NCBI GenBank assembly: GCA_041690395.1
Contig: JAWLHJ010000006.1
Span: 305,651 to 369,650, forward strand
Source: Longimicrobiales bacterium
Lineage (GTDB): Bacteria; Gemmatimonadota; Gemmatimonadetes; Longimicrobiales; Gaopeijiaceae
Direction of reading: 5' to 3'
Length of the DNA: 64,000 nt
The position numbers and the translations under genes were made by a program. Shown here in pieces: positions 8,666-17,825 of this stretch. The notes under the pieces are model-generated. The model did no database searches and was not told the origin of the DNA. It saw only the letters and a list, made by a program, of their open reading frames with translations. Position 1 is the first letter of the stretch. Every line of letters starts with the position of its first letter.

Positions 8666-10785
8666 GCTTCCTCGTTCCGCTCTTCCTCATCGGGCTCGCG
8701 GGGGTGGCGATCCCCATCGCGATCCACCTCACGCGGCGCCAGCGCCGGAACGTAGTGCGCTTTCCGTCGCTCATGTTCCTGGAGAAGATCCCCTACCAGG
8801 AGCAACGACGCCGCCGGGTCCAGCACTGGTTCCTGCTCCTTCTGCGGGCGCTAGCGCTCGCGCTGATCGTGTTCGCCTTCGCGCGTCCGTTCCTGGACCG
8901 TTCCGACCTCGTGGCCGGCACCGCGACCGGACCCCGTGAGGTCGTGCTCCTCGTGGACCGGTCGTACAGCATGGAGATCGGTGACCGGCTGGAGCGCGCC
9001 CGCGCCGAGACCGCGGACGTGTTGGCCGGCATGGGACCCCTCGACCGCGCCAGCCTGGTGGCCTTCGACCGGAACGCTACCGTCCTCGTGCGGTCCACCA
9101 CCGACCGTGCGCGGCTTCTGTCCGTGCTCGACACGGTCGTCGCCGGCTCGGACGTGACGCGCTTCGGGCCAGCGCTCCGCGTGGCGCAGACGATCCTCGA
9201 GGAGTCGGAGCTCCCGAACGGAGCGGTCTATCTGCTGAGCGACTTCCAGCGCACGGGGTGGGCGGCCGACGAGGGTGTGGGTCTTCCGGCGGGCTCGGAG
9301 TTCGTGCCGGTCGCGCTGGGGGACGCGGCACCGGAGAACGTCCAGATCGCGGGGCTCTCGCTGCCGCGCTCCGTCGATGCGGGGCGGGAGCGGGTGACGC
9401 CCACGGTCCGGCTCGTCCGCCGCGGAGGCTCGGAGCCGATCGAGGTGCCTGTCACGCTGGAGATCGACGGCCAGCCCATCGGGACCGAGACGGTCGAGCT
9501 GGGCGGCGAGGGGGCCGCGACCGCCGTCTTCCCGCCCGTGACCGTATCGCGTCCACACACGCGGGGCACGGTCCTTATCCCCACGGATGCCGTGCCGGCC
9601 GACGACCGGAGGCACTTCGTCCTCTCGCCGGGATCGGTGCTACCCATCCGGGTCGTGGGCGCGCCCGGCGGCGGCGAGGACCCGAACCTCTATCTGGAGC
9701 GGGCACTAGGCATCAGCCAGGACGGCCGGTTCGAAGTCACGGCCCGCCGCGGGAACGGGCTCGCGGCTTCGGATACCGAAGGCGTCTCGGTTCTGGTCCT
9801 GAACGACGTCCGTATCGACGGGGGCGCGGCCGAGCGGCTGCGCGCCTTCGTGGAAGAGGGGGGTGGGCTGCTGGTCGCCATGGGTGAGAACGCGGCCTGG
9901 CCGGCGTCGGCGCTCGACCTTCTTCCGGGAGCTCCCGGCGCGCCCCGCGACCGCGAGGCCGGTCGCGGGGCCCGGCTCGGGCAGCTCGCCTACGACCACC
10001 CGATCTTCGAGGCCTTTTCCGGGCCACGGAGCGGGGACTTCGGCAACGCCCGCTTCTTCAGGGCCCGCGACGTCACGGTGTCGGACTCGGCCCAGGTCCT
10101 CGCCCGCTTCGACGACGGATCGGTGGCGCTGGCCGAACGGACCCTCGGGCGCGGACGGGTCCTCCTCTGGACTTCGACGCTCGACGGGTTCTGGAACGAC
10201 CTGGCGCTGCAGCCGGTCTACCTCCCCTTCGTCCACCGGATCGCCGAGCATCTCGCGGGACGGACCGAGGCGCAGCAGGCGTTCACCGTCGGGCAGGTCC
10301 TCGACCTCGCCGACCCGCGGGCGCTCGAGGCCGCCGGCCTGGTCTCGTCCGCGGCGGAGGGACTGACCGAGGGTGCCGAGCAGGTCGCGCTCACTCCCTC
10401 CGGAGCGGGCGTGCGCATCCCGGCCGATGCCGAAACCCGCTACCTGACGCTGACCGAGCGGGGCTTCTACACGATCCGTCCACCGGGCGCCGAGCCGGAC
10501 CGGCCGTTCGTCGTCGCGGTCAACGTCGATGTGGAGGAGTCGGATCTCGAGCGGATCGAGCCCGACGACGTCGCGCTGCAGGTGCGGGCGGTGACGTCGT
10601 CGGCCGAGGGAGACGGGAGTCGGCCCGCCGGGGCGGAAATGCTGGTCCGGGAGGATCAAGAGCGCAGGCAGTCGCTCTGGCGTTGGATCCTCGCGGCGGC
10701 ACTCGGACTACTCATCATGGAGACGGTGCTCTCCAATTGGGTGTCACGGAGAAGCACGATGGCGTCCCGCACGACCGAGGCATAA
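8662..10785 (+). CDS. BatA N-terminal domain / VWA membrane protein
   Basis: MSFL…PIAIHL…VRFPSLMFL…LLLLR…FARP (BatA-type N-terminus); DRSYSM MIDAS; C-terminal TM helix. Confidence 0.85.
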   Translation: MSFLVPLFLIGLAGVAIPIAIHLTRRQRRNVVRFPSLMFLEKIPYQEQRRRRVQHWFLLLLRALALALIVFAFARPFLDRSDLVAGTATGPREVVLLVDRSYSMEIGDRLERARAETADVLAGMGPLDRASLVAFDRNATVLVRSTTDRARLLSVLDTVVAGSDVTRFGPALRVAQTILEESELPNGAVYLLSDFQRTGWAADEGVGLPAGSEFVPVALGDAAPENVQIAGLSLPRSVDAGRERVTPTVRLVRRGGSEPIEVPVTLEIDGQPIGTETVELGGEGAATAVFPPVTVSRPHTRGTVLIPTDAVPADDRRHFVLSPGSVLPIRVVGAPGGGEDPNLYLERALGISQDGRFEVTARRGNGLAASDTEGVSVLVLNDVRIDGGAAERLRAFVEEGGGLLVAMGENAAWPASALDLLPGAPGAPRDREAGRGARLGQLAYDHPIFEAFSGPRSGDFGNARFFRARDVTVSDSAQVLARFDDGSVALAERTLGRGRVLLWTSTLDGFWNDLALQPVYLPFVHRIAEHLAGRTEAQQAFTVGQVLDLADPRALEAAGLVSSAAEGLTEGAEQVALTPSGAGVRIPADAETRYLTLTERGFYTIRPPGAEPDRPFVVAVNVDVEESDLERIEPDDVALQVRAVTSSAEGDGSRPAGAEMLVREDQERRQSLWRWILAAALGLLIMETVLSNWVSRRSTMASRTTEA

Positions 10786-10818
10786 GCTTCAAGTAGCGAC
10801 CACGAGAGAGGCACGGAC

Positions 10819-13800
10819 ATGACGGATTCAGAGAGGAACGTCGCGGACAGGAAGCTCGAGAGGCTCGTCCGCGGTGTGCGCGCCCGATGGAAGCTCCGCC
10901 TCGTCCTCCGCGGCCTGGCGTGGACCGCCGGCCTCTCCCTCATGGTCCTGCTGGGGTCGGCGGTCGTGCTCGAGCAGGCCCGCTTCTCCGAAGACGCGCT
11001 ACTCTGGCTGCGGATCGTGACCTGGGGCACGCTCGCGCTCACCTTCGTCCTGCTCGTCGTGCGACCTCTCCTTCGGCCGGTCACCGACAGCCAGGTCGCG
11101 CTCTATCTCGAGGAGCACGAGCCGTCGCTCGAGCACGCCGTGGTGAGCGCGCTGGAGGCGTCCCGGGCCACGGGCTTCTCGCCGGCACTGACCGGGCGCG
11201 TCCTCGAGCACGCGCTCGAACGGGCGGAGTCCGTGCAGAACGGCCGCCGCATCGAGCAGTCGGCGCTCTACCGGTTCGGCGGTGCGCTGACCGGGATCGT
11301 CGTCGCGGGGCTCGTCTTCGCGCTGCTCGGGCCGACCTCTGTGCGATACGGCGTGAGCGCGCTCCTGTCGCCGACCCGTGACGCGGCCGAGGTGAACCCC
11401 TACGCCGTCCTCGTCGAACCCGGTGACGCCGCGATCGCACGCGGCTCCGACCTCGTGGTGAAGGCGTCACTCCGTGGCTTCGAAACAGGCGAGGTCTCGA
11501 TCTTCACGAGCTCGGGCGAGGAGGCCGCCTTCAGACGCCTGAGCATGCTTCCCGACGACGCCGGTGCCTTCGAGGTCATGCTCCTCGGCGTCGACCAGGA
11601 GACCCGCTACTTCGTCGAGGCTTCGGGCGTCCGGTCGCCCACGTTCACGATCGAGGTCGCCGAGCTCCCCTACGTCGGAGAGCTCGACCTCACGTATCAC
11701 TTCCCCGCCTACACCGGTCTCTCCCCGCGGGTCGTCGAAGGCGGCGGCGACGTCGCCGCCCTCGCGGGCACCGAGGTCGAGCTCCGCATCTCACCGACCA
11801 TCGCGACGCCCGGGGGGCAGCTTCTCGTGGACGGGGAGCCGGCCGGAGCGCTGGAGCTCGCGGAGGATGGCACGTTGACCACCCGGTTCACCGTGGAGCG
11901 TCCCGGGCTGTACGCCATCGAGCTCGCCCGTGCGAACGGCGACCTCGTCCCGGCGTCGCCCGAGTACGCCATCGACGTCCTGGAGGACCTGGAGCCGTCC
12001 ATCCGCTTCACGCGCCCGGGCCGCGACATGCCTGCCTCGCCCATCGAGGAGGTCTACCTCGAGATGGAGGCGATCGACGACTACGGCATCGGCGATGTGC
12101 GGCTCGTGTACTCCGTGAACGGAGGCCCTGAGGATACCGTGGCGGTCTTCGGCACGTCCGGCGCTCCGCTCGCGGAGGTGTCCGCGGGGCACACCCTCTA
12201 TCTCGAGGAGTGGATGCTGGAGCCGGGCGATCTCGTCTCGTACTACGCGCTCGTCCGTGACAACCGCGGCCTCGGCACGCGCCGTGTCGTGGCCAGCGAC
12301 ATGTTCTTCCTCAACGTGCGTCCGTTCGAGCGGGCTTACCGCGAGGCGGAACAGCAGGGCGGTGGCGGCCAGGGTGGCGGCCAGCAGCCCGGCGCCGAGA
12401 CCGCGCTCTCGGAGATGCAGCGGCAGATCATTTCGGCGACCTTCAACCTGATCCGCCAGCGGGACAGCTACACGCCCGACGAGTTCGCCGAGAACGTGGT
12501 GAGCGTCGCGCTGGCGCAGGAGCGTCTGCGCGGCCAGGTGCAGACACTTCTCGAGCGGATGGGCAACAGGGGTCTGAACGAGATCGATCCTGGATTCCGG
12601 GATGTCTCGGCGGTCCTGCCGCAGGCCTCGGAGGCGATGACCCGGGCTCAGGAGCGGCTCGACGAGCAGGAGCTCCAGGAGGCGATCCCCGCCGAGCAGG
12701 AGGCGCTCCGATTCCTGCAGCAAGCCGAGGAGACGTACGAGCGGTACGTCACCCAGCAGGAGCAGGGCGGTGGGGGCGGAGGCGGAGGGGGCAGCCCCGC
12801 CGCCGACGACCTGGCCGACCTGTTCGAGCTGGAGCTCGACAAGCTCCAGAACCAGTACGAGACCGTTCGGCGGGGTCAGCAGCAGCAGGCGGACGCCCAG
12901 GTCGACGAGCTCCTCGAGCAGCTTCAGGAGCTCGCGCGCAGGCAGGAGCAGGAGGCCGAGCGGCAGCGGCGGCGCGCCCAGGCCGGCGCACAGGGAACGC
13001 CGGGCGCGGGCGCGTCCCAGCGGAACCTCGCCGACGAGACCGAAGAGGCCGCCCGGCAGCTCGAGCGGCTCGCCCGTGAGCGCTCCGACGCCCGGCTCCA
13101 GGAGACCGCCCGTGCCATGCAGGAAGCGGCCGAGGCCATGCGGCGGTCCGCATCCGAAGGGGGGAACTCCGCGTCCGCGGGTGCCGGCGAGGCGCTCCGG
13201 CGGCTGGAAGACGCGCGTGAGTCCCTGGAGGACTCCCGCGCGGGGCGGGCCGGTCGCGACGCGCAGGACGCCTTGCGGCGGGTCGACGAGCTCCAGCGAC
13301 AGCAGCGGGACGTTCAGAGCGACGTGCGCGAGCTCCCGGCGTCGGGGCCGGACCGCCGTGAGGCGATCGACCAGCTCCGCGAGCGGAAGAATCAGATGAC
13401 CGAGGCCGTGCGCCAGCTCGAGCAGGATCTCGACCAGGCGGCGAGCTCCGCGCAGGCCGAGAACCCTCAGGCAGCACGGCGCTTGCAGGAAGGCGCCAAC
13501 CGGATCCGCGAGAACAGCCTGAAGGAGAAGCTCCAGTACTCACGCGGAACCATCGAGCAGTGGGATCCCCAATCGGCGCTTACTCTCGAGCTCGGCATCG
13601 AGGGCGACCTCCAGGCGCTCCGGGACGAGCTCGAGGGCGCGCTCGAGGCCGCCGGCAGCAGGGAGCGGAATCCGCTCACTGAAGCATTGGACGAGACCCG
13701 GGAGCTCGTGCGCGGAATGGAGGCGATGCAGCGCCGTCTCACCGAATCGCCCAACCAGGAGCGAGGCGGCTCCGGGGAGCCCGGGGAGGAGGGCGAGCCT

Positions 13801-14400
13801 GGCGCCGAGGGTCAGCCCGGTGCCGAGGGCCAGGAGGGTCGGCCCGGCGAGGGAGGCCAGCCCGGCCAGGAGGGTCAGCAAGGTGCGTCCGGTGAGCAGG
13901 CCGGAAGTGGCCAGCAAGGCGCGGAGCAGGGCGGCGGAAGCGGTGGCGGCGGCGGCCCCGAGCGAGGACTCAGGCCGAGCGGCGGACCCGACGAGGTCGG
14001 CCCCTGGAGCGGTGGCGGCCCCACCGGCGGGAGCCCGCGGACCTATTCACCGGAGGAGATCCGGCAGTACCGGAACGAGCTCCAGGAGCGGGCGGGACAG
14101 GTGCGCGACCTGCGCGACCAACTCCGGGAGGCGGGTCGCCCGGCCGAGGACCTCCAGGCCGTCCTGGAAGCGATGGAACGGCTGGCCAGCGAGGGGGCGT
14201 TCGATGATCCGACGCAGGCGGCGCAACTCCAAGCCGACGCCGTGGACGCGCTCAAGCGTCTGGAGTTCGGGCTACGCCGCGAGGTCGAGGGCGAGGTGCC
14301 GCAGCGTGGCACGCTGACCGGCTCGGACGACGTGCCGGAGGGCTATCGCGCGCTGGTGGAGGAGTATTACCGGACGCTGGCGCGGGGCGGAGGATCCTAG
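10819..14400 (+). CDS. Large membrane-anchored Ig-like/coiled-coil protein (DUF4175-like)
   Basis: Three N-terminal TM segments, PAYTG and DDYG motifs, long Glu/Gln/Arg heptad region, C-terminal VPEGYRALVEEYYRTLA. Confidence 0.75.
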   Translation: MTDSERNVADRKLERLVRGVRARWKLRLVLRGLAWTAGLSLMVLLGSAVVLEQARFSEDALLWLRIVTWGTLALTFVLLVVRPLLRPVTDSQVALYLEEHEPSLEHAVVSALEASRATGFSPALTGRVLEHALERAESVQNGRRIEQSALYRFGGALTGIVVAGLVFALLGPTSVRYGVSALLSPTRDAAEVNPYAVLVEPGDAAIARGSDLVVKASLRGFETGEVSIFTSSGEEAAFRRLSMLPDDAGAFEVMLLGVDQETRYFVEASGVRSPTFTIEVAELPYVGELDLTYHFPAYTGLSPRVVEGGGDVAALAGTEVELRISPTIATPGGQLLVDGEPAGALELAEDGTLTTRFTVERPGLYAIELARANGDLVPASPEYAIDVLEDLEPSIRFTRPGRDMPASPIEEVYLEMEAIDDYGIGDVRLVYSVNGGPEDTVAVFGTSGAPLAEVSAGHTLYLEEWMLEPGDLVSYYALVRDNRGLGTRRVVASDMFFLNVRPFERAYREAEQQGGGGQGGGQQPGAETALSEMQRQIISATFNLIRQRDSYTPDEFAENVVSVALAQERLRGQVQTLLERMGNRGLNEIDPGFRDVSAVLPQASEAMTRAQERLDEQELQEAIPAEQEALRFLQQAEETYERYVTQQEQGGGGGGGGGSPAADDLADLFELELDKLQNQYETVRRGQQQQADAQVDELLEQLQELARRQEQEAERQRRRAQAGAQGTPGAGASQRNLADETEEAARQLERLARERSDARLQETARAMQEAAEAMRRSASEGGNSASAGAGEALRRLEDARESLEDSRAGRAGRDAQDALRRVDELQRQQRDVQSDVRELPASGPDRREAIDQLRERKNQMTEAVRQLEQDLDQAASSAQAENPQAARRLQEGANRIRENSLKEKLQYSRGTIEQWDPQSALTLELGIEGDLQALRDELEGALEAAGSRERNPLTEALDETRELVRGMEAMQRRLTESPNQERGGSGEPGEEGEPGAEGQPGAEGQEGRPGEGGQPGQEGQQGASGEQAGSGQQGAEQGGGSGGGGGPERGLRPSGGPDEVGPWSGGGPTGGSPRTYSPEEIRQYRNELQERAGQVRDLRDQLREAGRPAEDLQAVLEAMERLASEGAFDDPTQAAQLQADAVDALKRLEFGLRREVEGEVPQRGTLTGSDDVPEGYRALVEEYYRTLARGGGS

Positions 14401-14427
14401 CGACCAGAGCCCGACGGGCTGTGGTCG
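14401..14427. terminator. Hairpin between convergent genes
   Basis: CGACCA-G-AGCCC-GAC-GGGCT-G-TGGTCG stem-loop right after the stop at 14400; no U-tract. Confidence 0.45.
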
Positions 14428-14433
14428 GCGCGG

Positions 14434-14820
14434 TCAGCCCGGCTTGGTCCCGTTGAGGACCTCACGGACCTTGTCGCGCAGGCCGGCCACCGTGAACGGC
14501 TTCGAGATGTAGTTCACCTCGGCCACGCGAATCCCCTGCAGGAGCACCTCGTCTTCGGTGTAGCCGGACATGAAGAGGAGCGAAGTGCCGGGATGCAGCT
14601 CACGAAAGCGCTCACCGAGCTCTCTCCCACCGAGCCCCGGCATGACCACGTCGGTCAGGAGCAGGTCGATCGTTCCGTCGTGCTCGTCCGCGATGCGGAG
14701 CGCTTCCTCCCCGCCGAGCGCCTCGAGGATCTCGTAACCGTCACGGCGAAGGACCTTGCTCGCGACCCTCAGGACGGAAGGCTCGTCGTCGACGACGAGA
14801 ACCGTCTTTGCGGCGCTCAT
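14434..14820 (-). CDS. Single-domain response regulator (receiver only)
   Basis: VLVVDDE, LLLTDVVMPG, FMSGY, KPF; ATG preceded by AAGGAGGAG. Confidence 0.9.
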   Translation of the reverse strand: MSAAKTVLVVDDEPSVLRVASKVLRRDGYEILEALGGEEALRIADEHDGTIDLLLTDVVMPGLGGRELGERFRELHPGTSLLFMSGYTEDEVLLQGIRVAEVNYISKPFTVAGLRDKVREVLNGTKPG

Positions 14821-15060
14821 GGCTCCTCCTTTGGATCCGAGGGCGTGATCGGTGGCGGAAACCCGCTCCGGCCCGCCCGAACCGCGAGGCGGACAGAACG
14901 ACGAGACAGAAAGAATATGTATCAAATCTTCGTCCCGAATGCCATGGCCCCCTGGATCCCACCGCGTACGCGCCTTCCGCGGCGACCTGTTAAATTCCCG
15001 CCTCTTCTGGCCGGCCGACCGTAGCGCCGGAATCTTCGACCCACACCCCGATGGCGAGCC

Positions 15061-16743
15061 ATGTCCGGACCGCAGTTCATCTACCACATGCACCGGGTCT
15101 CCAAGATCGTGCCCCCGAAGCGGGAAATCCTGAAGGACATCAGCATCTCCTTCTATCCCGGGGCCAAGATCGGCGTCGTCGGCCCGAACGGTTCCGGCAA
15201 GAGCTCGCTGCTCCGGATCATGGCAGGGCTCGACACCGACATCCAGGGGGAGGCGTGGGCCGCGAAGGGGACCCGCATCGGATATCTGGCGCAGGAGCCC
15301 GAGCTCGACGAGTCGCTCGACGTCCGGGGCAACGTGGAGGAGGCCGTCCGTGACACCCGAGCCCTCCTCAGCCGCTTCGACGAAGTCAATCTCGCCTTCG
15401 GCGAGGTGACCGACGACGAGGCGATGAACGCGCTCATCGAAGAGCAGGCCAAGCTTCAGGACCGCATCGACGCCTCCGGAGCCTGGGACCTCGACCGCAA
15501 GATCGAGATCGCCATGGATGCGCTCCGCCTCCCTCCCGGAGACGCGGACGTCTCGACGCTGTCGGGTGGAGAGCGCCGCAGGGTGGCCCTGTGCAGGGTG
15601 CTCCTGGAGCAGCCGGACATGCTCCTCCTCGACGAGCCGACCAACCACCTGGACGCCGAATCCGTCGCCTGGCTCGAGCACCATCTCGCGGCCTTCCCGG
15701 GCACGATCGTGGCCATCACCCACGACCGCTACTTCCTGGACAACGTGGCGGAATGGATCCTGGAGCTGGACCGCGGACAGGGCATCCCGTGGAAGGGGAA
15801 CTACTCGTCCTGGTTGGAGCAGAAGCGGGAGCGCCTCCGGATCGAGGAGAAGCAGGAGTCGGCCCGGCAGCGGACCCTCGAAAACGAGCTCGAGTGGGTG
15901 CGGATGTCCCCCCGCGCCCGGCACGCGAAGGCCAAGGCGCGCATCAGCGCCTACGAGGAGCTGCTCGCGAAGGACGAGCGCGAGCAGGTGCGGACCGCGG
16001 AGATCCTGATCCCCAAGGGACCGAGGCTCGGCGACGTGGTGATCCGTGCGGATCACATCCAGAAGGGCTACGGCGAAAAGCTCCTGATCGACGACCTGTC
16101 CTTCGACGTCCCGCCGGGCGCGATCGTCGGCATCATCGGTCCGAACGGAGCGGGTAAGACCACGCTCTTCCGCATGATCGTCGGCGACGAGTCGCCGGAC
16201 GCCGGCACGATGGAGGTCGGGCAGACGGTCAAGCTCTCGTACGTCGATCAGTCGCGCTCCGAGCTCGACCCGAACAAGACGGTGTTCGACGAGGTCAGTG
16301 GGGGGCAGGACGTGCTCCACTTCGGCCGGGCGGAAGTCAACCCGCGGGCCTACCTTTCCTGGTTCAACTTCCGAGGCGCGGACCAGCAGAAAAAGGTCGG
16401 CGTCCTGTCGGGAGGCGAGCGGAACCGGCTGCATCTGGCCAAGCTCCTCAAGTCGGGAGGAAACGTGATGCTCCTCGACGAGCCCACGAACGACCTTGAC
16501 GTCGACACGTTGCGAGCCCTCGAGAACGCGATCCTCGACTTCGCGGGATCGGTTCTGGTGATCTCCCACGATCGCTGGTTCCTGGACCGGGTCGCGACCC
16601 ACATCCTGGCGTTCGAGGGGAACTCCCGCGTCGTATGGTTCGAGGGGAACTACCAGGAGTACGAGGACGACAAAAAAGCCCGCCTGGGCGACGAGGCCGA
16701 TCGGCCCCACCGTATCCGCTACAGGAAGCTCGTCAGGGATTGA
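15061..16743 (+). CDS. ettA: Energy-dependent translational throttle protein EttA (ABC-F)
   Basis: Two ABC domains (GPNGSGKS, GPNGAGKT, LSGGE twice); N-terminal FIYHMHRVSKIVPPKREILKDISISFYPGAKIGV. Confidence 0.95.
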   Translation: MSGPQFIYHMHRVSKIVPPKREILKDISISFYPGAKIGVVGPNGSGKSSLLRIMAGLDTDIQGEAWAAKGTRIGYLAQEPELDESLDVRGNVEEAVRDTRALLSRFDEVNLAFGEVTDDEAMNALIEEQAKLQDRIDASGAWDLDRKIEIAMDALRLPPGDADVSTLSGGERRRVALCRVLLEQPDMLLLDEPTNHLDAESVAWLEHHLAAFPGTIVAITHDRYFLDNVAEWILELDRGQGIPWKGNYSSWLEQKRERLRIEEKQESARQRTLENELEWVRMSPRARHAKAKARISAYEELLAKDEREQVRTAEILIPKGPRLGDVVIRADHIQKGYGEKLLIDDLSFDVPPGAIVGIIGPNGAGKTTLFRMIVGDESPDAGTMEVGQTVKLSYVDQSRSELDPNKTVFDEVSGGQDVLHFGRAEVNPRAYLSWFNFRGADQQKKVGVLSGGERNRLHLAKLLKSGGNVMLLDEPTNDLDVDTLRALENAILDFAGSVLVISHDRWFLDRVATHILAFEGNSRVVWFEGNYQEYEDDKKARLGDEADRPHRIRYRKLVRD

Positions 16744-17234
16744 TGGCCGAGGACACCAGCAGCCAGGAAGAACGTGACCGGCTGATCGCCGAGGCCCTCG
16801 CGCATGCGGAGGCCCGAGACGCGCTCTATCGCCCGCCGACTGAGATCCTGCCGTCGGGTCGTTGGCGGGGCGCGTTGGCCCTGGTGCTGCTCGTCCTCTC
16901 CGGAATCCTCGCGGCCGCCCCGCCGAGCTGGCTCAGGGGGGCGCCCAGACCCTCGGTGTCCGACCAGGAGCGAGCCCTCGGTGTCCGGGTCGCGCTGGAG
17001 CTCCAAGCCGAGCAGATCGACGCGTTCCGCCAACGAACCCAGCGACTTCCCGCGGATCTGACCGAGCTCCCGGCCGCACTGCCCGGAATCCGCTTCGTGC
17101 GCTCGGACGACCGTCTTTACCAGCTGGTCGGCTACGGTCCGGACCGCCGCCCCGTCGTGCTGGAGTCGATCCGTCCGGGCCCGGACGCACGCGAGGCGGC
17201 CTCCGCGTTCCTGGCCCGCGTGGACGGGTCATGA
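16743..17234 (+). CDS. Hypothetical membrane-anchored protein, pseudopilin-like
   Basis: TGATG overlap with ettA; one TM helix followed by QIDAFRQRTQRLPADLTEL. Confidence 0.55.
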   Translation: MAEDTSSQEERDRLIAEALAHAEARDALYRPPTEILPSGRWRGALALVLLVLSGILAAAPPSWLRGAPRPSVSDQERALGVRVALELQAEQIDAFRQRTQRLPADLTELPAALPGIRFVRSDDRLYQLVGYGPDRRPVVLESIRPGPDAREAASAFLARVDGS

Positions 17235-17767
17235 CGACGGGGGGACGAGCCGGTGGTACGTTCGGCAATGTGCTGCTCGTGATCGCTACGCTGTCCCTGC
17301 TCGCGGCCGTCATGTACCCGGCGGCGCGGGAGCGCGCGTTCGACGAGCGGATCGAGGCCATCGTGTCGGACATCGAGCTCGTGCGGGGCACCGTGGAAGA
17401 CGTGCGGGAAGAGACGGGCAGCTGGCCCCCCAGCTCGGCCATCGCGGGCCTCGTCCCCGGTCTCCTGTCGCCGGGCGAGGCCATCGGAAGCTCTTTGGGG
17501 CGGGGACTGGAGTGGCGCCGACTGGAGTCCGTCGAGGTGCCCCCTCCCCCGGAGGGTGTGGAGGACTCCGTTCCGGAAGAGGACGACGAGCTGGGCCAGG
17601 AGGCCCCGACGCCCGAGCCGACGTTCTTCCATCGAGGAGCGCTCTCACTGCACACGACGGACGAGGAGGTCATCGGCGCGTTGCTGGACCGCTACCCGGA
17701 GTCGTTCGTGCACGACGGAGTCTGGACGCTACTCCTCCCCCGGGTGGCCGTCCCGCCCACACCGTGA
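17231..17767 (+). CDS. Hypothetical protein with degenerate type IV pilin-like N-terminus
   Basis: ATGA overlap; RAG-GTFGNVLLVIATLSLLAAVMYP, then amphipathic helix ending ETGSWP. Confidence 0.55.
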   Translation: MTTGGRAGGTFGNVLLVIATLSLLAAVMYPAARERAFDERIEAIVSDIELVRGTVEDVREETGSWPPSSAIAGLVPGLLSPGEAIGSSLGRGLEWRRLESVEVPPPPEGVEDSVPEEDDELGQEAPTPEPTFFHRGALSLHTTDEEVIGALLDRYPESFVHDGVWTLLLPRVAVPPTP

Positions 17768-17825
17768 CCTTGGGCGGGGAAACCGACACATTACCGGTCC
17801 GTCCCAACCGAGAACCACGCGAGAC

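Noticed and set aside
14434..16710. 758-aa minus-strand ORF as one protein
   Set aside because: Most of it is the antisense shadow of ettA; only the last 128 codons encode a receiver domain with its own RBS.
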